DNA of 64,000 bases from positions 89,647 through 153,646 of the forward strand of contig CAWKFB010000017.1 in NCBI GenBank assembly GCA_963848835.1, given 5' to 3'. A model generated the notes under the pieces. That model searched no databases, had not been told where the DNA came from, and was given only the letters and a program-made list of their open reading frames with translations. The position numbers were made by a program, and so were the translations under genes. Origin of the DNA: Candidatus Aminicenantes bacterium (GTDB lineage Bacteria > Acidobacteriota > Aminicenantia > Aminicenantales > UBA4085). Shown here one piece after another: positions 1 through 10,064 of this stretch. Each line of letters starts with the position of its first letter. Within the stretch, counting starts at the first letter, position 1.

Positions 1-657
1 CCTGGAATAGGGCGGCAGGATCTTGATCAGGTCCGCGCCGGCCCGGACCTGGACGCGGACGGCCTTGCGGAACTCGTCCGGACCATCGGCCTCGTAAGCC
101 ATCGGGAAGCGCGACGTCCCGTGCCCTCCCGAGGCGTTGATCCGCTCGACCACGACGATCGGCCGCGAGCCGACGAGAAAGCCGTCCCGGAAGGCCCGCT
201 TGGCCATGGCCCCGACGTTCTTGTAGGCCCCGCCGTCCATGACCGTGGTGATCCCGCCCATCAAGTGGCGATGCAGAAACCACGACGCGCGGAACGATGA
301 GATCGACTCGTTGAGCAGGAAAGGCTGCTCCCGAGTGTCCGGGTAGCTCATGTGGAAATGGGCGTCGATCAGCCCGGGAACGACGGTCCGGCCTTTGGCG
401 TCAAGGACCTCGGCGTTCGGCGGGATGGCGGCTTCCCGATCGGGACCGGCGTAGGTGAACCGCGAGCCGACGATGATGACGGCGGCGTCCGCGAGAGGAG
501 GAGCGTCCGTTCCGTCGACGAGACGGGCATGGCGGATGACGATCGGCGGAGAGGCGGCGGGAGCGGTCTGCCCGAGCAGCTCCGTTGATAAAGCTCCCCA
601 ACCCGCCGCGATCAAGAACGCGATCAATAACATCTTGCGGATGCGTTTGTCAGTCAC
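1..657 (-). CDS. Amidohydrolase-superfamily metallo-hydrolase, secreted. Only the 5' part is present (219 codons); the gene runs off the window start.
   Basis: My translation of the minus strand from GTG 657 gives VTDKRIRKMLLIAFLIAAGWGALS (signal peptide), then GRTVVPGLIDAHFHMSYPD (HxH metal motif), and stays open to nt 1. AAGGAG lies 7 nt upstream of the GTG. Confidence 0.7.
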   Translation of the reverse strand, partial: MTDKRIRKMLLIAFLIAAGWGALSTELLGQTAPAASPPIVIRHARLVDGTDAPPLADAAVIIVGSRFTYAGPDREAAIPPNAEVLDAKGRTVVPGLIDAHFHMSYPDTREQPFLLNESISSFRASWFLHRHLMGGITTVMDGGAYKNVGAMAKRAFRDGFLVGSRPIVVVERINASGGHGTSRFPMAYEADGPDEFRKAVRVQVRAGADLIKILPPYSR

Positions 658-701
658 GGTTACGCTCCTTTGTCCCTCAAAAGACGCGCCGGGACTCACG
701 T

Positions 702-730
702 TATATAGCGCAGCGGGGAAGGCGGGTCAA
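702..730 (-). promoter_or_regulatory. Putative sigma70-type promoter for the amidohydrolase gene
   Basis: The minus strand reads TTGACC (730..725), a 17-nt spacer, then TATATA (707..702). This lies about 45 nt upstream of GTG 657. Confidence 0.4.
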
Positions 731-767
731 ATGGCCGTCTGCGCCTTCGCAAATCTTCAATAACGGC

Positions 768-3700
768 TCACCTGATCGCGGCCAGGCGTTTCCGGGCGTC
801 GGCGACCTCGGGGAAGCCGGGATCGGCGTCTTTCCAGAGGTCGAGGAACTTCATATAGTTCTCCGCCGCCTTGCTCTTATCGCTGAGCTTGTCGAACACC
901 TGCCCGAGCTTATAGAAAGCCCTGGCATAGATATCGCCGGAGTTCTGCCGGCCGATCGTCAGCAACGTGATGTTCTCGTACTGCTCCCGCGCCTTGGCCC
1001 AATCCCCGGCCTTGACGTAGGCCGAGGCCAATGTATCGAGCATAAAAGCGTCTTTTTCGTAACGGCCGGATGGAAGCGATCGGACGGCCCGCGCGAGGAA
1101 GTCGATGGCACCGACGACGTTGTTCCGCTCCAGCTCGATGGCGCCCATGAGATGCTCGTAGAGACGGACCGCTTTCCGGTTCATCCCCTTCTCGATGAGC
1201 GCTTTCAGCTCGGTGGCCGTCTTTTCGGCATCGCCCGTCCGCCTCAAACCGAGATAAACGAATCCTTGAAGATGCAGCGCTTTCCGTTTGTAGTCGAAAT
1301 CCAATCTCCCGCCGTCGACGGCGTAGGCTTTGCGGCATTCCTCGAGCGCCATCTCCGGCCGGCCATAGGCCAAAAAGCTTTGAGCCAGGCTCGTACGGAG
1401 ATTCCATTCAACCTCGCCGTTTTTGGAGATCCGGGCCTGTTCGATCAAGGCGGCCATTTCCTTGCCGAGATACTCGGGTTGGCCTTTCAGCTGACCGAGA
1501 TGCCAAAGGCCCAACGCGCCCCCAGCCACAGATCTCCTTGACTTCTCGCTCATCATGGATCGAAACTCCGCCTCCGCTCCGACGAGATCGCCCCTGAAGA
1601 TTTGGAGTCTTCCGGACAAGATCCTGTTTTCCAAGTCCGCCGGCCCGAGCATCCGGGCCGCCTCAAGCTCCCGGCCGGCGTCGTCGAGCCGCCCCTGACT
1701 GATATGGAGATCAGCCAGGCCTCGGTGGCCCGCCGCCGTGTTCTCGATCTCGCGGAGATATTTTTCCAGGACCTCCTGGGCTTGGAGGGGCATGTCTTTC
1801 GCTAGATAGACTCCCGACATATGCGTGTATGCCGCGGAGAAGCGATATCGGGCATCTACGCATTTCTCGTAATATTTCAGCGCCTCGTCCCACTCCTCGA
1901 TCATTTCATAGACGACGGCCATCGGGTAGCAGAACAACGGATCGTCGGGATAGAGCTCCAGACCCTTTCGCCCCGCTTCGATGGCTTTCCCCCACTCCGG
2001 CTCCGGCCGGTACCAGGCGTAGTGCATGAGCTGGAAGTAGTGCCGGTCCTTCTCCGAGATCCTTTCAGGCAACTTTTGAACGAGCTCGAGCGTCTTCGCC
2101 GCGTACTTCCGGGCTTCGGGGTAATCATAGATATTGTTGTAAGCGGAACTCAAGGCCCGGTAAGCGGCGATGAATTCGGGATCGATGGCAATGGCCTTTT
2201 GGAGGAGGGGGATCGCCTTCATGTATTCCGTCCGGAAATGATACTTCCGGGATTCGACGTAGTAGCTCCAGGCTTCGGCGGACGGGGTCGAGATGTCGCC
2301 GATGCTCTTGTCGATGTCGCCGGCCAGCTGGGCCGGGGTGAGGTTCAGGTCCGCCTTGATCTTCCGGGTGATTTCATGGACCTTGGCCATGATCTCGTCG
2401 AAATTCCGGCCGGACACCTGGATGGGCGAGACGACGTCGCGCGAGCGCGGCTTCTGGCAGGTCGCGTTGATGATGATCTCCGCGCCCGTCTTGAGGTAGC
2501 TCCCGTGGACGGTGTATTGGGCGCCGCCCTCGTCCGCGATCTTGACGAGGTCGCCGGTCGAATACGAGGGGGCGTTCAGGAGACCTGTTTTTTGGAGAAT
2601 TCCGTAAATATCGCTGTCGCTCAGGACACTCAGGAATTTCGACTGGGCCAGGTCCGTGATCAGAAGGTCACGGATTCCCGTGCTCCAATTGTCCAGGCTT
2701 TTGTCGCCGGTCTTGTTCTCGAAATTCACGACGGCGACCGTCGGTTTGGCGGAGGGCCGAAGAGCGATCTTCTTGCCGGGTAAAACGGTGAGGACGACGA
2801 ACACGGCGGCCCCGAGCGCGAGGACGGCCAGGGCCGGGATGAGCAGCTTGCGCGGGGTGAAGGAAACCGTGACCTGCCGCGACGTGCTGATCTTCGTCTC
2901 CGGCACGACCCGCTCGGTCGTCGGGATGCCCTTCTCGATCCGCTCGAGCTCGGCTCCTAACTCCGCAGCCGTCTGGTAGCGCTTGTCTTTGTCCTTCTGG
3001 AGACATTTGAGGATGACCCCGGCGAGGTCGTCCGGGATGGACGGATTGAAAGACTTCGGGCTCTGCGGCGCCTCGCCCTTGTGCTTCATGGCGACGCTCA
3101 GCGCCGTCTCGCCCTCGAACGGCACCCGTCCCGTCGCCATCTCATACAGCATCACGCCCAGGGAATAGATGTCCGAGCGCGCGTCGACCTCTTTCGCTTC
3201 CGCCTGCTCCGGGCTCATGTATTCCGGGGTCCCGATCATCACCCCGGCGCCCGTGACGCCCTTCCCGACAAGCGACCGGGCGATCCCGAAGTCCATGATC
3301 TTGGCCCGGCCGCCTTTGTCGATCATGACGTTCTGCGGCTTGAGGTCCCGATGCACGATCCCCAAGCTGTGCGCCTCGGCCAGGCCGTCCGAGATCTGCC
3401 TTCCCACGCTCAGGACCATCCCCATCCCGAGCATCCCGCTCATCCGGATCATGCTCTTGAGGTCCTCGCCCGAGACGTACTCCATCGTGATGAAGTGGGC
3501 GCCCTCGGCCTCGCCCAAGTCGAACATCCGGCAGATATTCCGATGCCCGATCTTGCGGGCCAGCTTGAGCTCGTTGGAGAAGCGTTCCAGGGTTTCGGGA
3601 TCCGAGGCGACCTCCGGCCTGATGAGCTTGAGGGCGATCTTCTCCTTGATCTTGGTGTCGAAGACCTTATAGACCCGGCCCATTCCGCCGCGGCCCAGCT

Positions 3701-3884
3701 CCTCGATGATTTGGTATCGGCCGGCGAACGTCGCGCCCGTTACGAGCTCTCGAACGGGCGTCTTCATCGTTTCGGTGTGGAGGGAAGCGCCTGCAACGGA
3801 GGCACCGGCCGAGAGCGCCGCCCCGCATTCCCCGCAGAACTTGAGGGTATCGGGATTATCCGCGCGGCACTTCGGGCACTCCAT
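768..3884 (-). CDS. Ser/Thr protein kinase with an N-terminal zinc ribbon, one TM helix, a TolB-N-like ectodomain and a long TPR array
   Basis: This is ORF 768..4079 trimmed to ATG 3884 (MECPKCRADNPDTLKFCGECG), which has GGAAGGG upstream. Kinase motifs are [21 protein letters not shown] and [12 protein letters not shown] helix (LLIPALAVLALGAAVFVVLTVL) is followed by TPR-like repeats to the C-terminus. Confidence 0.9.
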   Translation of the reverse strand: MECPKCRADNPDTLKFCGECGAALSAGASVAGASLHTETMKTPVRELVTGATFAGRYQIIEELGRGGMGRVYKVFDTKIKEKIALKLIRPEVASDPETLERFSNELKLARKIGHRNICRMFDLGEAEGAHFITMEYVSGEDLKSMIRMSGMLGMGMVLSVGRQISDGLAEAHSLGIVHRDLKPQNVMIDKGGRAKIMDFGIARSLVGKGVTGAGVMIGTPEYMSPEQAEAKEVDARSDIYSLGVMLYEMATGRVPFEGETALSVAMKHKGEAPQSPKSFNPSIPDDLAGVILKCLQKDKDKRYQTAAELGAELERIEKGIPTTERVVPETKISTSRQVTVSFTPRKLLIPALAVLALGAAVFVVLTVLPGKKIALRPSAKPTVAVVNFENKTGDKSLDNWSTGIRDLLITDLAQSKFLSVLSDSDIYGILQKTGLLNAPSYSTGDLVKIADEGGAQYTVHGSYLKTGAEIIINATCQKPRSRDVVSPIQVSGRNFDEIMAKVHEITRKIKADLNLTPAQLAGDIDKSIGDISTPSAEAWSYYVESRKYHFRTEYMKAIPLLQKAIAIDPEFIAAYRALSSAYNNIYDYPEARKYAAKTLELVQKLPERISEKDRHYFQLMHYAWYRPEPEWGKAIEAGRKGLELYPDDPLFCYPMAVVYEMIEEWDEALKYYEKCVDARYRFSAAYTHMSGVYLAKDMPLQAQEVLEKYLREIENTAAGHRGLADLHISQGRLDDAGRELEAARMLGPADLENRILSGRLQIFRGDLVGAEAEFRSMMSEKSRRSVAGGALGLWHLGQLKGQPEYLGKEMAALIEQARISKNGEVEWNLRTSLAQSFLAYGRPEMALEECRKAYAVDGGRLDFDYKRKALHLQGFVYLGLRRTGDAEKTATELKALIEKGMNRKAVRLYEHLMGAIELERNNVVGAIDFLARAVRSLPSGRYEKDAFMLDTLASAYVKAGDWAKAREQYENITLLTIGRQNSGDIYARAFYKLGQVFDKLSDKSKAAENYMKFLDLWKDADPGFPEVADARKRLAAIR

Positions 3885-3996
3885 CGTTTCCCTTCCTCTC
3901 GCCTTGAATGAACGGATGATATGGGGAAACCGGTATCCTGTCAATTCCGATCGATTCCATTGGTCAGAGGGCCGGTGATTCGGGTACAATCGCTCC

Positions 3997-5671
3997 ATGC
4001 CTTCCGATACGCAGGTCATCTTCAGCATGAGCGGGGTGGGCCGGGTCCATCCGCCCAACCGCCAGGTCCTCAAAGACATCTCCCTCGGCTTCTACTATGG
4101 GGCCAAGATCGGCGTCCTCGGGCTGAACGGGTCCGGGAAATCCACGCTGTTGCGGATCATCGCCGGAGTGGACAAGGATTTCATCGGCGAGCTCGCCATG
4201 AGCAAAGGATATACAGTCGGCCTGCTCGAACAGGAGCCGCACCTCGATCCCGCCAAGACCGTCATCGAGATCGTCCGGGAGGGCGTCCAGCCGATCGTCG
4301 ACATTCTCGCCCGCTACGACGCCGTGAACGAGAAGTTCGCCCTGCCCGACGCCGACATGGAAGCCTTGTGCGCCGAGCAGGCCAGGCTCCTCGAAGAGAT
4401 CGAGCGCCACGACGCCTGGAACCTGGACAACCATCTCGAGATCGCCATGGAGGCGCTCCGCTGCCCGCCTCCCGATACGCCGGTGACCGTCCTTTCGGGA
4501 GGAGAGCGGCGCCGGGTGGCTTTAACGCGCCTCCTGCTCATGGAGCCGGACATCCTCCTCCTGGACGAGCCGACGAACCATCTCGACGCCGAATCCGTGG
4601 CCTGGCTCGAGCGCCATCTCCAGGAATACAAGGGCACGGTCATCGCCGTGACCCACGACCGCTATTTCCTGGACAACGTCGCCGGCTGGATCCTCGAGCT
4701 CGACCGGGGCATGGGCATCCCCTGGAAGGGCAACTACTCGTCCTGGCTCGAGCAGAAGAGCGCCCGCCTGGCCGTGGAGGAGAAGACCGAGAGCCGCCGG
4801 CAGCGGACGCTGGCCCGCGAGCTCGAATGGATCCGCATGTCGCCCAAGGCCCGCCAGGCCAAGGGCAAAGCCCGCGTCAACGCCTACGAGGACCTGCTCG
4901 GGAAGGACTTCGAAAAGGTCCGGGACGAGCAGGAGATCCCCATCCCCCCGGGCCCGCGGCTGGGAGACCTCGTCGTCGCCTTCGAGGACGTGTCCAAGGG
5001 ATACGGGGACCGCCTGCTCATCGACGGCCTGACCTTCAGCATCCCCGCGGGATCGATCGTCGGGGTCATCGGCCCGAACGGCGCGGGGAAGACGACCCTG
5101 CTCCGAATGATCACGGGCGCGGAAGCCGCCGGACAACGGCCGCATCAAGATCGGCGAAACCGTGAAGCTCGCCTACGCCGACCAGTCCCGGACCCTCGAC
5201 GCGGCGAAATCGGTCTACGAAGAGATCTCGGGCGGAGCCGACATCATGACGGTCGCCGGCCGGACGATGAACGCGCGGGCTTATTGCGCCTCGTTCGGAT
5301 TCTCCGGGACGGACCAGCAGAAGAAGGTCGGCTCGCTCTCGGGCGGCGAAAGGAACCGGGTCCACCTGGCCAAGGCCCTCTCCGAAGGCGCGAACGTGCT
5401 GCTCCTCGACGAGCCGACCAACGACCTCGACGTCAACACCCTTCGCGCCCTCGAGGATGCCCTGACGAGCTTCGCCGGATCGGCCGTGGTGGTCAGCCAC
5501 GACCGCTGGTTCCTCGACCGCGTCGCGACGCACATCCTGGCCTTCGAGGAGGACGGGACGGTCCAGTGGATCTTCGGAAACTTCTCCGAGTACCACGAGA
5601 ACCTTAGGAAGCGCCGCGGGACGGCGGCCGACCAACCGCACCGGCTGAAGTACCGGACCCTTAAGCGCTGA
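3997..5671 (+). pseudogene. ettA: ABC-F translation factor EttA, interrupted by one apparent +1 frameshift near 5116-5125. This may be an assembly indel rather than a true pseudogene.
   Basis: ORF 3997..5607 is EttA-like up to [18 protein letters not shown] and then loses sense. The +1 frame from about 5123 reads [23 protein letters not shown] and continues as ORF 5162..5671. Two Walker A motifs (GLNGSGKST, GPNGAGKTT) and two LSGGE signatures are present. Confidence 0.85.
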
Positions 5672-5756
5672 CCGGCCGGGCGCCCGCCCGGAGCGTTCGT
5701 TGACTCGGTTCCCGATCCCTGATAACCTGAGTGACAACAGATGAAGGTGTGAGGCC

Positions 5757-8465
5757 ATGCCCGTCGCCTGCCCGAAGTGCCGCATCTCCAACCCGGAGAC
5801 CTCCCGTTTCTGCTCCGGCTGCGGGACGGTGCTTCCGGCCGCGGAGGTCACCGAAACCCTCCAGACCTCCGAGCGCGAGCTTGCGACCGGCGCGATCATC
5901 GCCGGCCGCTACCAGGTCATCGAAGAGCTCGGCCACGGCGGCATGGGCCGCGTCTATAAGGTTCAGGACACCAAGGTCGGCGAGAAGGTCGCCCTGAAGG
6001 TCCTTCGGCCCGAAGCCGGACTCGACAAGAAAGCCCTCGAGCGCTTCACCAACGAGCTGAAGCTCGCCCGCAAGATCCGCCACAAGAACGTCTGCCAGAT
6101 GTTCGACCTCGGCGAGGACGCCGGAACGCTCTACATCACCATGGAGTACGTCCACGGCGAGGACCTCAAGCAGATCATCCGAAAGATGGGACGGCTGTCG
6201 CCGGGCCAGGCGGTCGGGATCGCCCTCCAGGTCTGCGACGGCCTCGCCGAAGCCCACAAGCTGGGGGTCATCCATCGCGACCTCAAGCCGCAGAACATCA
6301 TGCTGGACGAGGACGGGAACGCCCGGATCATGGACTTCGGCATCGCCCGCTCGCTTTCGGGGAAAGGGATCACGGGCGCCGGCGTCATGATCGGGACGCC
6401 CGAGTACATGAGCCCCGAGCAGGTGGAAGGGATGGACGTCGATCCGCGCTCGGACATCTATTCCCTCGGCGCCGTTCTTTACGAGATGACGACAGGCCGC
6501 GTGCCGTTCGAGGGCGACACGCCTTTCACGATCGGGGTGAAACACAAGAGCGAGCTCCCGAAAGACCCTCGAGCTCTCAACCCCGGCCTTCCGGAGGACT
6601 TGAGCCACGTCATCCTCCGCTGCCTGGAGAAGGACCGGGAGAAGCGATACGCGAGCGCCGCCGGCCTGCGCGCCGAGCTGGACAAGATCGGACAGGGCGT
6701 CCCGGCCGCTGAGCGGGCGGTCCCCGTCCGCAAGACCGCGACCTCACGGGAAATCACGCTCAAGTTCGCCCCGCGGAGGCTCATCCTTCCCGGGGCCGTC
6801 CTGGCCGCGCTGGCCGCGGCCGGCCTCTTCGTCCTGCTCAAGCCGCACGCTCCCCCCGTCGATCCGAAGCGAGTCGTTGTCCTGCCCTTCGAGAACAAGA
6901 CCGGCGACCCAAAGCTCGAAAACATCGGTTTCATGGCCTCCGACTGGATCACCCAGGGATTGATGCAGATGCAGGGAGTCGCCGTCTCGTCCGTCCCGGA
7001 CGCCGAAGCGCTCAAGAGCCTCAAAGAGGACAAGGACAAGGTCCGGCTGATCTCCCGGGCGACTCAAGCGGGAAAGGTCGTCACCGGAGCCTATTACCTC
7101 GAAGCGGAGACCCTGCGGTTCGCCGCCCAGGTCCACGACGCCCTTCAGGGAGGGCTCCTGAGCGCCGTCGAACCGGAGAGCGGCGCCGTCCAGGAGCCGG
7201 TCAAGATCATCGAAACCATGCGGCAAAAGGTCATGGGAACCGTGGCCGCCCTGCTCAACGCGGAAGTCCCTCTGAAATTCCTGATCCGATTCCCGAATCT
7301 TCGGGCTTACCAGGCCTATGCGGAAGGATGGAAGGTCTTTAATCGCAGCGATTGGCGAAAGGCCATCGAATTCTTCGATCAGGCCAATCAAGCGGACCCG
7401 GATTTCATCACCCCGCGCATTTTCGCGGCCATCGCCTACTCCAATCTCCGCGAATATGCCCGAGCGGAAGAGGTCATCCGCAAAATCGATGCCGTCAAGG
7501 ATCGATTGGTTCCTTGGCAAGTCATTCTTCTGGAAAGCCTACAGGCCCAATTGCGAGGAGATGGGATCGGTCAATACAGGGCGGACAAGCGCCTCTACGA
7601 AGTCGACCCCCATGCCTTTAGCGCCTACGGCCTGGGCTGGAGCGCGGTCAGGATCAATCGCCCCCGCGAAGCCGTTCAGGTCCTCAAGACGATCGATCCC
7701 GAGTCCCCTATGATCAAAGATTGGATCGGCTACTGGGCCTTTTATACGTTCGCTTACCACATGCTCGGGGATTATCGGAAAGAGCTGGCCGTGGCGCGCC
7801 AAGCGCGGAAATATTATCCCGACTGGCGGTTGCCCGTCTTCTACGAAACTCGCGCCCAGGCCGCGTCCGGAAAGATTAAGGAGATCGAGCGCCTCATCCG
7901 GGAGAGCCAGACTCTTCCCCCCGATGGGGTCCATGATCTTCGGTTTTACTATGTCGGAGCAGGCCGGATGCTCCGCGCCCACGGCTTCCGGAAAGAATCC
8001 CTGGAGTTCATGGACCGGGCTCTCGAATGGCTTCGCGGCCGGCCCGATTCGGAAAAGAAGACCCAGGCTTATCGACGCAACCTGGCCGAGTGCTTTTACG
8101 AAGCGGAGAAATGGGCCGAGGCCAAGACGGAATACGAAGCCTTGGCCAAGGAATTTCCGAACAATCTCGGGTATTTGTCCTTTCTCGGGAATATCGCCGC
8201 CAAGCGGGGAGACCGGGAGGAGGCCCTGAGGATCTCGGACGAGATCGGCAAGGTCGAACGGCCCTATCTCTTCGGCTCGATCCCCTATTACCAAGCGTGC
8301 ATCGCTTCGCTTCTCGGCGAAAAAGAAAAGGCCGTCAAGCTCCTCCAGGAATCCATCGCCCGCGGGGAAGTTTTCGGTCCGGGTGGCCGACTCTACCCCA
8401 ATCTAGCCTTGGAGCCGCTCGCCGACTACCCGCCCTTCAAGGAATTCATCAAGCCCAAAGGATGA
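5757..8465 (+). CDS. Ser/Thr protein kinase with zinc ribbon, kinase domain, TM helix, ectodomain and TPR repeats; a paralog of 768..3884
   Basis: 902-aa ORF. It has an N-terminal [19 protein letters not shown], then [21 protein letters not shown] and GTPEYMSPE. The kinase domain is clearly paralogous to the first kinase by eye. A TM helix ([20 protein letters not shown]) is followed by a TPR-like C-terminal half. Confidence 0.9.
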   Translation: MPVACPKCRISNPETSRFCSGCGTVLPAAEVTETLQTSERELATGAIIAGRYQVIEELGHGGMGRVYKVQDTKVGEKVALKVLRPEAGLDKKALERFTNELKLARKIRHKNVCQMFDLGEDAGTLYITMEYVHGEDLKQIIRKMGRLSPGQAVGIALQVCDGLAEAHKLGVIHRDLKPQNIMLDEDGNARIMDFGIARSLSGKGITGAGVMIGTPEYMSPEQVEGMDVDPRSDIYSLGAVLYEMTTGRVPFEGDTPFTIGVKHKSELPKDPRALNPGLPEDLSHVILRCLEKDREKRYASAAGLRAELDKIGQGVPAAERAVPVRKTATSREITLKFAPRRLILPGAVLAALAAAGLFVLLKPHAPPVDPKRVVVLPFENKTGDPKLENIGFMASDWITQGLMQMQGVAVSSVPDAEALKSLKEDKDKVRLISRATQAGKVVTGAYYLEAETLRFAAQVHDALQGGLLSAVEPESGAVQEPVKIIETMRQKVMGTVAALLNAEVPLKFLIRFPNLRAYQAYAEGWKVFNRSDWRKAIEFFDQANQADPDFITPRIFAAIAYSNLREYARAEEVIRKIDAVKDRLVPWQVILLESLQAQLRGDGIGQYRADKRLYEVDPHAFSAYGLGWSAVRINRPREAVQVLKTIDPESPMIKDWIGYWAFYTFAYHMLGDYRKELAVARQARKYYPDWRLPVFYETRAQAASGKIKEIERLIRESQTLPPDGVHDLRFYYVGAGRMLRAHGFRKESLEFMDRALEWLRGRPDSEKKTQAYRRNLAECFYEAEKWAEAKTEYEALAKEFPNNLGYLSFLGNIAAKRGDREEALRISDEIGKVERPYLFGSIPYYQACIASLLGEKEKAVKLLQESIARGEVFGPGGRLYPNLALEPLADYPPFKEFIKPKG

Positions 8466-8468
8466 ATC

Positions 8469-10020
8469 TTATTTCGTCGTCTTCCGCGGGATGCGGGCGT
8501 CGCTCATGGCCGCGTTGTAGGCGAAGGCGGCCATGATGACCGCGTTCTTCATCAGGTCCTCGGGCAGGAGGGTGTCGTAGAAGTCCATGTTGGCGTGGCC
8601 GCCGAAGCCGACGCCGGTCCTGGAGGAACTGGAATCCCGGGAGGTTGACCCGGTCGAAGGAGACGTGGTCGGTGCTGCCGACGCTCTGGATCGTGAGCGT
8701 CGTGAAGCCCATATCGCGGAACGGTTTCATCCATTCGGCGAACATCGGCCGGACGAACTCGTTGCCCTGCAGGTTGACGCCCCGGAACGCGCCCGGCGCC
8801 GTAGTCCTGGTTGAAGTAGACCGAGAACTTGTCGTACTCGGGCTTCTTCCCGATCTTCGGGTCTTTGGGATCGCCGAAGTGCTTCAAGACGTACTCGCGC
8901 GAGCCGTGGAGGCCCTGCTCCTCGCCTCCCCAGAAGGCGACGCGGATCGTCCGCCGGGGCTTGAGCGCCGATCGCCTTGAGGATGCGGGCCGCCTCGAGC
9001 GCGACGGCGCAGCCGCCGGCGTCGTCGCTCGCGCCGGGGCTGGCGTGCCAGGAGTCGAAGTGGGCGCCCATCATGACGACCTCGTCCTTGAGGTCGTTCC
9101 CGGGATCTCGCCGATGACGTTGGCCGCCTTCTCGACCGAGTCGCCGATGCGGTTGCGGCACCTCGACCTCGATCTTGACCGGGATGCCCCGCCGCAGGAT
9201 CCGGACCATCCGGTTGTAGTGCTCGGGCGTCACCTGCGACGAGGGGCATCGAGGCGAGGTCCTTCTCCCGCGACCAGCGGTCGGCGTTCACGCCCGGCCG
9301 GCCGAAGCCGCGGACGACGCCGAACGCTGCCGCTGTCGCACTGAAGGACGACCGTCGCGCCCTCGGCCTTGTAGAAGGCGATCTTATCCTCGGGCCGGAC
9401 GACGTCGGGATTGGGCGGGACGGGCGGCTTCGCCGCCGGCACCGGCGGCGATCACGGTCTCCTCGAGCCGCTTGAGCTCCTCGTCGGTGCGCCGTGTGAC
9501 GCCCTGGGGCATGGCGGCGGGATCGATGGGCCACAGGCGGCGACGCCAGGACGGCCATCCCCTTCAGCTTGCCCTTGAACTTCTCGAGGTCCTTTTTCGT
9601 CTGGATCTCCGCGATCACGGCTGGCAGGTCATCTTCCCGTTCGTCCCGGGCGTGTAGGCGAGCGGGAAGCCCATCATGTACTGGTAGTCGGGCTCGAGCA
9701 TGTGGAGCGAGAAATACTCGTTGTCCCAGGCTACCCCGTAATCCATGAACGGCTCGATGACGACGTTCGAAAAGCCCGACTTTCTCCATCTTGTCCTTGG
9801 CCCAAACTTGCGCCCTCTGCATGTCCCGGGACAGGGTCAGCCTGGCGCCCAGAACGTCGGTCATATAGCCAACGATGTCCATGACCTGGGAGCGCTGGAA
9901 GCCTTCCTCCCGGATCCTGGCAACCATGTCGGACGGGGAGCTTTGCCGGGCGGGAGAAAGAACGGCCAGGGAGACGAAGATGATCGCCATGGCGATCGAG
10001 GATCGGTGAAGTCGCATCAT
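8469..10020 (-). pseudogene. M28-family aminopeptidase, secreted, broken by at least about 10 frame changes
   Basis: Recognisable pieces lie in all three minus frames. ORF 8884..10020 holds the N-terminal signal peptide plus AVIAEIQTKKDLEKFKGKLKGMAVLASPP. ORF 9230..9442 holds PEDKIAFYKAEGATVVLQ. ORF 8727..9233 holds [34 protein letters not shown]. My translation gives [22 protein letters not shown] 8449..8745 holds [18 protein letters not shown]. The stop is TAA at 8471..8469. Confidence 0.8.
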
Positions 10021-10064
10021 CGGCCACCTCCGGAATCGGATGATCGGTGTATTCTACTACAAAT

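Noticed and set aside
768-4079. N-terminal extensions offered by the ORF track. Examples: 768..4079, 31128..32576, 48562..51222, 29545..31095, 35729..36643, 37291..38106, 38320..38991.
   Set aside because: The extensions overlap neighbouring genes or are low-complexity. Internal ATGs coincide with ribosome-binding sites and with the expected protein N-termini (zinc ribbon, signal peptides, Rossmann motifs).
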